Assembly: GCA_964016885.1 (NCBI GenBank)
Contig: OZ024750.1
Span: 7,006,001-7,070,000 of the forward strand
Length of the DNA stretch: 64,000 nucleotides
Source: Eledone cirrhosa
Lineage: Eukaryota
Reading direction: 5' to 3'
In this document: positions 54,291 to 64,000 of the stretch, in pieces
Layout: each line of letters opens with the position of its first letter
Numbering within the stretch: position 1 is the first letter of the stretch
Program-made: the position numbers and the translations under genes
Notes under the pieces: generated by a model
Seen by the model: only the letters and a program-made list of their open reading frames with translations
Databases searched by the model: none
What the model was told of the DNA's origin: nothing

Positions 54291-55478
54291 TAGTCTAATG
54301 TACACCAAGGCCTCTTCTAGCCTATTGTACACCAACACCTCTTCTAGCCTATTGTACACCAATGCCTCTTCTAGCCTATTGTACACCAACACCTCTTCTA
54401 GCCTATTGTACACCAATGCCTTTCATAGCCTATTGCACACCAACGCCTCTTCTAGCCTATTGTACACCAACGTCTCTTCTAGCCTATTGTACACCAACGT
54501 CTCTTCTAGCTTATTGTACACCAAGGCCTCTTCTAGTCTATTGTACACCAAGGCCTCTTCTAGCCTATTGTACACCAAGGCCTCTTCTAGCCTATTGTAC
54601 ACCAAGGCCTCTTCTAGCCTATTGTACACCGTCTCTTCTAGCCTATTGTACACCGTCTCTTCTAGCCTATTGTACACGTCTCTTCTAGCCTAATGTACAC
54701 CAAAGTCTCTTCTCGCCTATTGAGAGCAAGGCCTCTTCTAGCCTATTGTACACCAACGCCTCTTCTAGCCTAATGTACACCAAGGCCTCTTCTAGCCTAT
54801 TGTACACCAAGGCCTCTTCTAGCCTATTGTACACCAAGGCCTCTTCTAGCCTATTGTACACCAAGGCCTCTTCTAGCCTATTGTACACCAAGGCCTCTTC
54901 TAGCCTATTGTACACCAAGGCCTCTTCTAGCCTATTGTACACCAAGGCCTCTTCTAGCCTATTGTACACCAAGGCCTCTTCTAGTCTATTGTACACCAAG
55001 GCCTCTTCTAGTCTATTGTACACCAAGGCCTCTTCTAGTCTATTGTACACCAAGGCCTCTTCTAGCCTATTGTACACCAAGGCCTCTTCTAGCCTATTGT
55101 ACACCAAGGTCTCTTCTAGCCTATTGTACACCAACGACTCTTCTAGCCTAATGTACACCAAAGTCTCTACTAGTCTATTGTACATCAAAGTCTCTTCTAG
55201 TCTATTGTACACCAAGGCCTCTTCTAGTCTATTGTACACCAGGGCCTCTTCTAGTGTAATGCACACCAAGGTCTCTTCTAGTCTATTGTACACCAGGGCC
55301 TCTTCTAGTGTAATGCACACCAAAGTCTCTTCTAGTCTATTGTACACCAGGGCCTCTTCTAGTGTAATGCACACCAAAGTCTCTTCTAGTCTATTGTACA
55401 CCAGGGCCTCTTCTAGTGTAATGCACACCAAAGTCTCTTCTAGTCTATTGTACACCAGGGCCTCTTCTAGTCTAATGC
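54291..55478. repeat. 27-bp minisatellite, ~44 copies, in a zinc-finger gene intron
   Basis: Unit TCTAGCCTATTGTACACCAAGGCCTCT; source of the repetitive ORFs in the track. Confidence 0.97.
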
Positions 55479-56082
55479 AAATCTTTAATAAGAATAATGC
55501 CAATAGTTGATACAAAATGTGAATATTTACAAAATTATACAGTACTACTTAAACGCAACTTAAATTAGGAACTACATGAATGAATGAGTATAAAATAATT
55601 AGAAAAACACTACAAATATTTAAAAACAGAAAAGGAAGGGAAAAGCAAGTGCTCTAGGCCCACAGAAGAATTGGAGGGGGGAACAGTGATGGGCTCTGAG
55701 CCTAGGGAGTAGCAGTGTTGGTAACAAAAACGTGTGTGTGTATATAACTGAGGTAGAAGATGAAAAATATACTATAGCTTACTGAAATTGGGTGTATATA
55801 TAATTGAAGTATAAACTGAAAGATATACTAGAGATTAGTAAAGACTATATGCCAAGTAACACCAATGTAAATCTTTGAGATTTCATTCTTACTTCAACCT
55901 CAACAATACATAGCTTACTATTAGGTCTTAGATTTGATGTCATTTTAAGGAATACCACATACTGATTAAAATAGCAGTTTTATTGAATTTTTTTTTCTTT
56001 CTAAGAAATAAATTCAGGAAATTTGTATTTGTCCCAAAGACACATGAACATGTCTGAAAGATAAAATATTTGATTTACTTAC

Positions 56083-56148
56083 AGAAGATGTTTCAGAGTC
56101 ACTGGAACATTTTTGATTTTCCTCTAGCCATATTTTTGAAGATTTTAA
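56083..56148 (-). other. Candidate upstream exon (66 nt) of the zinc-finger gene, 5' UTR or coding extension
   Basis: tttcatttttcAG acceptor and GTAAGT donor; open in the frame of the next exon (LKSSKIWLEENQKCSSDSETSS) and also holds an out-of-frame uORF. Confidence 0.55.
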
Positions 56149-57359
56149 CTGAAAAATGAAATAAATAGACAAGTCAGCAATGATGTTACATGGTAGTGAG
56201 ACATGGGTAGTACATGTAGAGGATGTGTGGTGCTACATGGTAGTGAATGTAGGGGGTGTGTTATGTTACAGTGTAGTGAGACATGGGTAGTTATTGTGGA
56301 GGATGTGTGATGTTACATGATAGTGTGACAATTATATTAGCCATTTTTATATTAAAACATAATATATATTATACACCTTTTCACAGCAAATTAAATACTG
56401 TTAATCTGCTCCTTTAAATAGCTTTCTCTTCAAAATTATAACACTCCTTCATTCACTGAAATATTTTCCAATGATTTAAAGGGGCATTAATATACATTGG
56501 AAAGCCATCAAGGGAAATAATTAAAAAGTAAAATAAAGAAAGCCGTTTATCTCCCTTACAAAAAAAAGGCTCTTGTAGATGGCAGAATCGGTAGAGCACC
56601 ATACAAAATATCCTGCAGTATTTAGTTGCCTCCCTTTGCATCCCCAGTCCAAATCAACTGTATTTGGCCTCCTTATGTGTTAAAATAAATACTTAGATCT
56701 CTATAATCCACTGTACTACGAGGCTCCCAGAAGGTGAAACTTTGCAACGATGTTGGTAATCCTTATTCATCATCACTTTACTTTCGCTTTCTAATGCTGG
56801 CATTAGGTTAGTAGATAGCAGAACTAATATAGTACAAGATAAAATGTTGGTATTAAGTCGGTGGAACGTAGAACTAGTAGATAAACTGTAGGCATTAGGT
56901 CGGTAGATAACAGAACTGGTATAGTGCTAGACAAAATGCTTTAAAGTATTTTGATGTATCTTTTTACATACATTCTGAATTTATATCCTGTCAAAATCTA
57001 CTTTGCCTGTTTGGGTTGATAAAATGAAATAGCATTAAAATGGCAGAGGTCTAGACTCCTTAATATCTCTCTCCTCATGAAGAGACATTTGTGTTACATT
57101 GCATATTCAGTTACCGAGTCGATGCTTTAGTTTCAATTCTCAGTCATGTCATCAAGAAAGATCCATTCCCACTTCCTAAAAGTTTGATGCTTTATCATGT
57201 ACTATGTAAGAAAATGTTTTCATGAGAAAAATAGTGTGTTTGAGAGTCTGGCAAAAGATATTACACATCATGGAGATATTAGTATTAGCAGGGAGGGAAG
57301 CTCCAACATTACCAAGTTACCAACAACAACCCTTAGCCCCTTTTTGAATTCCATGTGTC

Positions 57360-57700
57360 TAACACACGTGGGCATGACTACAAAGTCAGAAAATAGTACA
57401 GCTCCCATGACTTTTGGAAACATTTTTTCATGCTCAGAGTTGCTGAAGCATGGAACAAACTACCTGCATCAGTTGTTAGCTGCCGAGACACTGCATCCTT
57501 TAAAACCTCCATGCTTCCTGAAATTCGCCAACACTACACCTGATAACCTCCTCCATACACACACACACACACGCATGTATTTCATGACATACACTGTTCA
57601 CTTTCCTGACATTTGTACATTATTCTATGTACTATACATGCACCGTTGATAAGTTATAGTACACCTGAGCACTGTATACAATAATTTCATTATTATTATT
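57360..57700 (+). mobile_element. CR1-type LINE 3' end
   Basis: TRGHDYKVRK*..HFFMLRVAEAWNKLPASVV then a 3' UTR and (att)n tail. Confidence 0.7.
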
Positions 57701-57814
57701 ACAGAAAATTGTATCTTGGGTAATGACTGAAAGAATACAATTGCAAATACAAGCAGCCAAAATGGGGTTCCTCTGAAGGGACTTTGGAGTAATGTTACTT
57801 GATAGTGCGTATAG

Positions 57815-58345
57815 CTCAGAGAGTCATTCCGAATTGAGAGATCACAGTTCTGATACTATGGGCATGTGGTTAGAATGTCTCAGGAAAGAATTGCTGGACT
57901 GATTTGTAGCTCAGAGATCAGAGAGTCACTCCAGGTAGAGCTGCTACTTCTCCTAATTGAGAGATCACAGTTCTGATACTATGGACATGTGGTTAGAATG
58001 TCTCAGGAAAGAATTGCTGGACTGATTTGTAGCTCAGAGATCAGAGAGTCACTCCAGGTAGAGCTGCTACTTCTCCTAATTGAGAGATCACAGTTCTGAT
58101 ACTATGGACATGTGGTTAGAATGTCTCAGGGAAGAATTGCTGGACTGATTTTATGAGTAAAACCAACTGGCAGGAGATCCGTGGGTAGACCCTCAACAAG
58201 ATGGTTGAATAACATCCATGAGCTTGGCTGGTCTCGTTTGGGGATCCAGCCAGATTAGTCAGAGATGGTTGCTTCTGAGAAGACCCATTGGAAGGAGTGT
58301 TTGCCTCCATGGCCCTCTCAGAAATAAGTGGTTGAAGAATAAGAG
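57815..58345 (+). mobile_element. RTE-type LINE 3' fragment with 123-bp internal tandem duplication
   Basis: IERSQF*YYGHVVRMSQERIAG repeated ~2.6 times at a 123-bp period, then the same 3' end as 27066-27310. Confidence 0.7.
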
Positions 58346-58975
58346 TTTTGAAAATATTTACATGAGAGGAAGTATGGTAAAATAGTTTCGGTTTACTAAC
58401 ATTTCGGGAGGAATGGCCTTCAGGAACAAATTAAGTTCATGAACTGAGGTTCTACTGTAATTTCAACTGATGAGATGACAACTAATTTCTTTAATAATAA
58501 CAAAATGTTAATAAATCTCAGCTTCAGGTAGACTTCATTCTTTGTAATTGCATTTTAATAGTCATATTAGCCATTGAAAGCACATGCAATGTTATTATTC
58601 ACTTTTGTTTTATTATTTTATGATAATCACCGATCAGATCAGATTAATTCGAAAAAAAAAAAAAAAAAAAATTGATATTTAAATTGGTAGTTTGGAAATG
58701 ACAACTACCAGCAATCTGACTTCACAAATAATGACTATATATATATATTTATACACACACATACACATACATATACATACACACAAAATACAAGAATTAA
58801 TAATGGACTGATTGCTTTCTGTGAGGTGATAGAAGAATACAAAAGCCTATCTATCAATGAAAGGTCAGAAAATAGTCAGCAATCAGTCACTTGTAAGGTA
58901 AATATATATCAACTATCAATCAGAGATGGGTTCAATTCTTAAAAAAATCTCATTGTATTTGATCTATTTCAGAGA

Positions 58976-59065
58976 GGTGGAAGTGGTGGTGGCGGGTGGA
59001 ATGGGTGGAAGTGGTGGTGGCGGGTGGAATGGGTGGAAGTGGTGGTGGCGGGTGGAATGGGTGGG
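58976..59065 (+). repeat. 28-bp G-rich tandem repeat, ~3 copies
   Basis: ggtggaagtggtggtggcgggtggaatg x3. Confidence 0.9.
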
Positions 59066-59294
59066 AGAGATGATTTAGGTTATTGACTCTTTGCAGGTAT
59101 AAGAATCAAAAGTTCGTTCAACAGGTAACTCAGATTAAAATACAAAAGTCACCGCTGATAAAATAACGGTTCCATCTCTTTTAAACACACGCTGTATGTG
59201 TGTGTGTAAACAATTGTATCACAATTACACCTTCACAAACAAAAACAGTACATCTGAAATATTTTAATCATTCTCTTTTCAAAATAATATTATT

Positions 59295-59515
59295 ATTAAT
59301 AAAAATGGTTTCTGATTTAGGCACAAGGCCAGCAATTTGGGGGGAGGGGAAAGTCGATCAAATCGATTCCAGTGCATAACAGGTACTTTATTTTATCGAC
59401 TCAGTAATGATGAAAGACAAAGCTAACCTCGGCGGTATTTTAACTCAGAACGTAAAATGACGTAACTATATGCCGCAAGGCATGCTGCCCGACGCTCTAC
59501 CGTTTCTAGCAACCC
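59295..59515 (-). mobile_element. Octopus-type SINE, near full length
   Basis: Reverse complement of the same family, flanked by (TAA)n tracts. Confidence 0.8.
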
Positions 59516-59554
<39 letters not shown>

Positions 59555-60109
59555 TCTTAAGAGTCTACATGTAGGGGACAATACAAAAAGACGGAGACAG
59601 GTGGTTTACAAAATAATAATATTATTATCAGAACATTAAAAGAAAACAAAATTCTGTTTAAGGGTAGTTAGTTAATAAGGAAAAAAAAAAAAAAAGTGGT
59701 TCGAACGAAGTCGACATCAAATTGGCAAAATGACAAAAGAAAGCGATATATGAGTAACAGTACACTTGTATTAAGCAGGTAGTGAAACTTATGGAGAAAA
59801 AAAAGTTATTTTTGACACCCAAGAAGCCAGTTGTTGTTCTGAAAGTCGCAACATATAAATATTCCATGACTAGGTCGAATATTTTTTATATAAACATCTA
59901 ACAGGATATTTATTATTTGCTTGCGTGTTACGAAATAAACTTAATTCTTTTAGAGAGCTAACACGAAGAATTAAAAACAAAATAATTTTGTATTGACTAA
60001 AAAACTGTTACATAAAACTTAATGACAAATGTCAAAACAAATAAATAAAAAAACAAACAAACGTTCCGTTCTACAAAATAAACACGCGATTTCTTAACTT
60101 CATATCATT

Positions 60110-60158
<49 letters not shown>

Positions 60159-60281
60159 CGGGACTCTCACACACATAAATATATATATATATATTATTTT
60201 GTAAACCACCTGTCTCCGTCTTTTTGTATTGTCCCCTATATAAATATATATATATATATATATACGATATTAACAAATGGA

Positions 60282-60347
<66 letters not shown>

Positions 60348-60377
60348 TCCATTTGTTAATATCGTATATATATATAT

Positions 60378-60532
60378 ATTTATGTGTGTGAGAGTCCCGG
60401 GTTCACTCGGGGATAATCACAGTAATTAAGGTACTCAATAGATTAGTAGAGTGTAAACATCATGTTTAATATAGAAGTGGCTTCTACAGGTCTAGAACTG
60501 TTTCATTCAAAAGAAATCACCACAAAGCCCTG
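60378..60532 (-). mobile_element. Penelope-like pLTR fragment with degenerate hammerhead-like core
   Basis: The minus strand reads ..gtggtga-tttc-tttt-gaat-GAAAC-agtt-ctagacctgtagaag..gagtacc..actgtgatt.., homologous to 63877-63990; bounded by TA tracts. Confidence 0.5.
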
Positions 60533-60630
60533 ATATATATATATTAGGGTATAAATGTTAAACTTTCTCTTAGGTTAATCACTACCTTGATCAAATCTTA
60601 ACCATTTTAACACCTCAGGGTATGTCATGT

Positions 60631-60700
60631 ATCATTATATTTTGTCTGATGAGGACGTACTGTTGTACATCCGAAATATGTATAATAAAATGTAATTGAT
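60631..60700 (+). ncRNA. Minimal type I hammerhead ribozyme (Penelope/retrozyme type)
   Basis: CTGATGA (60646-60652); stem II GGAcGTAC-tgtt-GTACaTCC; GAAA (60673-60676); near-palindromic mini helix III ATATGTAT; NUH triplet ATA (60682-60684); ~15-bp helix I between 60631-60645 and 60685-60700. Confidence 0.8.
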
Positions 60701-60734
60701 CAAAAGAACATCTATTTTATTAATATTTGTATTT

Positions 60735-60768
<34 letters not shown>

Positions 60769-62103
60769 ATATTAAATGTATGTATTTTCGTTAAAAAAAA
60801 ATCTATAATAGAAATTGAAGAACTTTTAATGAATATAGCTTAACTGTCAAGTGGAAATTATATTTTATGCAACATCTCTAATGTCAAAAAAGAGATTACT
60901 AAAGAAACATCAAATACAACCTACAACGATGTTTTGATTCTATTTCACCGAACAATGAATTAATCCACATTAAAATAAGTTATATCTAAATTCACTTTGG
61001 AGAGGGTAAATAGGTCGGAATAGAACTGATTATCAAAGATCGAAATAAAATGAAAAAAAGTTACCTTTTAGAAGTTATGAAATATATTGTATTTTATCAA
61101 TTATATAAATCTGGATTAAAAACTTACATGTTTACATAATGGGAAATGGGATATCTATCTATCTATTTTATATATATATATATATAAGTAATTTGTTGTT
61201 ATTGTGATGTATCCAAATGGTTATTTGGTAAATAGTTTCCTTGGCACCTACCTAACTATAAAATGTTTTTTAAAATGTCAAAAGAGAGAGAGAGAGAGAG
61301 AAAATGACGCGATTTATTTACTTCTATACACACCAATGAATCAGAGAATACCCTAAAATGTAAAGCAGGTACGTGTCTAAAAGTGGTAAGAATTCAACGG
61401 GGAACTAAGTTCCAATAGATAGATATAATAAATAAACTGCAAAAACATTATAAGTCATAATATTTAGATATACATAGAGCATATTAATGCAATAGACTTG
61501 ATATGATCCGACTACTGCAGTTCGTTATTTGCATTCATATTCGACTCTCTAAGCTATAATAACATATGAAAATTATATAAATACCTGATGAGACAAGTGA
61601 ATATACTGTAGTATCATGCATGTCACCAAAAAATATTAAAGACATATTTTACATTTCAGTAAATGGCAATCGATTTAGCTGGGATTCAAAATGCCACCAT
61701 GTTGCTTTTAAACAGAAAATAGACTATCTTTGGTTTCGTAATATTAAAGAGTCGTTCCTGTGGTATAGATGGTAAACAGGACGGCTGACGGACTACAACC
61801 TACTGAATTACACATGCTGCATTTTACAGTCAACTTGACCTAAATACACAATACACCTCTTAATAACAGATAAGACGACAAGCGAAACACAATATAACTA
61901 AGAAATAAATGGTAATTGTTCCTTACATATAAATATATTATATATATAAACACACACACAAAACACGAGTCCTAATATATCCAGAGCGTGGTAATAATCC
62001 TAAGCACTACATTTCAAGTGTTTTCAAAACATTCGATGGTGAAATTAATCAGTTCAATAAGGAATCGAACGTGCTTTCAATAATCGTGTCTTTGAAAGCT
62101 TAC

Positions 62104-62300
62104 CTTTCTCTTTCTTTTTTATTTACAAATTATTGTCATTCCTACTACAAGACAGAACAGTTATTTTTAAAAGAAGACCTTAATATTTTTTTATAAAATT
62201 GCCTTTTCCCAAGGACATTACTGACGTAAATGAATTAGTCAAGAATGGAAAACAGATTAACTTAGTCCATTGGAATGTTACCTCTACTGGGCGACGTTCG
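62104..62300 (-). other. Candidate first (non-coding) exon / promoter region of the zinc-finger gene
   Basis: Strong donor AAG|GTAAGC at 62103-62098; TGACGT half-CRE at ~62222 and a CpG-containing patch at ~62290. The TSS cannot be determined. Confidence 0.3.
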
Positions 62301-63813
62301 CCCCAATTACAATTATAACTATCGATAAATAAATAATATCTGTTGCAACTTATTCACTATATAACTATTTCAAATTTAAAACAAAGCTTTCAAAATAAAA
62401 CAAGTTTAGTTTATGTTAGATTAAAAACCCTTTTGGAATGATCGCATTTTTTTACCCGAATAATAAATATTTGAATGTATTTCTTTATGATGACTATCTT
62501 AGTGAAGAGATAAAATACTCACACAGAAAAACACATGTAATCTGTTGTCCTTCACATTTAGCTGCTTCTCTCTCAACAAACATAACTCGAATCCAGGGGA
62601 AAAAAAGTCAAAGGGGAAAAAAGTTACAGCGCGCATACACATACACGCTTCTGTGTGTATACACACACGTGCTTGTTTGTGTATACAAGCTCTAACATAA
62701 ACACATATATACATACACATACATACGCACACACATGAACATGCATGCATAGACACCCACACACGCATGCGATTTGTTTTTTTACATACGTGTAATGCCA
62801 TTATATAAATTGTCATGGTATACTAGTCATATACTATGAATAGGCGACTTAAAATATATTTTTATAAATATCTACATCTACTTCTGTTGTTGTAGTTAGT
62901 TATTTAAAATAATATATCAAGTCCCTTATTAACGGAAAACCTTAATTCTGTCTATTATTTATGATATTTAAATGAAATACTAAATTTTCCGAGATATTTT
63001 TTTCTTATCCAAAATTAGGACTTTTCCTGTGACTATATTTCCATTACGTTAGCTATGAACCTGAACGAAGTGAATTGAACAGCTATAAATAGACAAACCT
63101 CCCCCAAATCACACCCGACCGTCTTAAAAAGAAAGCATCACATCGGATAATGTAGTTTTAGATGTTCTATAGCTAAAACAGACGGAATGGTTACACCACG
63201 ACGGCTGTTTATCTTAATTATATCACTGCTGCCCTGGACAAAATAACTGTTTGACCAATTAAATCTACCCCCAAACAACACTTTACCGCCTTTAAAAGAA
63301 AAGAGCACTGGATAATATAGACCCAGTATCAGTGTGCCTTGGATAAATGTGGAATGTTTATGTTTTGAATACGTAGTGTAGTTATGAAGGCGGCGGGAGT
63401 TTTGCCTGGGTGTCGCTTTTGACGTTTATTGTGCTGTATTTTTCATTTGTGAGAGATTTGAGGGACAGTCCCTTGCCAACAAACTCTTGCTACCCCCCCC
63501 ACCCTTTTTGTTTTCATAGGTTTCTTCAATTAGAGTTTATCTGGGGGCTAGACAACTGCAAGTAACTGGTAGAAGTGAGGTTTTTTTACGGTCGTTCACC
63601 CTGGTCGCAATAACAACCAATCACACTCAAGTATGTTTATGAAGGAGTAACAGATCGTATAAATGCTGCAGTCTCCCGGATAGACTACAAATGAATATAA
63701 TATAGGATAGAATTCTGACCACAGATCTAGGCACCTGACTTCGTAGTTAGAGGATCGGATTCGCAACCGTGAGGATCCGAGTTCGATTAACGGACCTATA
63801 TATATATATATAC

Positions 63814-63990
63814 CATATAGAAATGTCTTCTACAGGACTAAAACTGTTTCATTCATTTGAATTCATTTGGATATTCCTGATGATTTCAAACGACTGAAAC
63901 AGTTCTAGTCCTGTAGAAGTCATTTCTATATGAAACATATACCTTTACTAATGTATTGTGAACCTTATTTAACTGTGATTTCTTCCCAGC
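63814..63990 (+). mobile_element. Penelope-like element with hammerhead-like core and inverted partial copy
   Basis: CTGATGA at 63877 followed by GAAAC-agtt-ctagtcctgtagaag; preceded by an inverted diverged copy (63814-63867) adjoining a (TA)n tract; same family as 60378-60532. Confidence 0.5.
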
Positions 63991-64000
63991 CCCCTTTGTA

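Noticed and set aside
54298-55515. Long ORFs (131-276 aa) as real genes
   Set aside because: Entirely translated 27-bp minisatellite, open on both strands only because the unit is 9 codons without stops.
61580-61620. Additional hammerhead (CTGATGAG..GAAT..GTA)
   Set aside because: The GAAA box is mutated, helix II is incomplete and helix I is only 4 bp; compatible with chance.
63730-63796. tRNA gene
   Set aside because: It has a GTTCGA B-box but no complete cloverleaf or acceptor stem; it looks like a truncated tRNA-derived SINE head.

Overview
AT-rich eukaryotic genomic DNA, most likely an octopod cephalopod (inferred from the SINE family and the dense (TA)n/(CA)n tracts, not verified). 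Three spliced protein-coding genes can be reconstructed. (1) The 5' part of PUF60/half-pint on the minus strand (ATG at 25467; the gene runs off the left edge). (2) A complete 4-exon NHP2 (H/ACA snoRNP subunit, 141 aa) on the plus strand, head-to-head with PUF60. (3) A minus-strand Ikaros/Hunchback-family C2H2 zinc-finger gene with a Pegasus-like 3+2 finger layout. The rest is introns and intergenic DNA holding SINEs, LINE fragments, Tc1/mariner-, hAT-, piggyBac- and Helitron-type non-autonomous elements, minisatellites and microsatellites; most short ORFs in the track are repeat artefacts. The most notable unannotated signals are an apparently intact minimal type I hammerhead ribozyme at 60631-60700 and several related hammerhead-like or palindromic elements set in TA-rich tracts (Penelope/retrozyme-like). 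Also notable are a set of frame-disrupting candidate cassette exons in PUF60 (possible AS-NMD autoregulation) and an inverted SINE pair in the zinc-finger intron.
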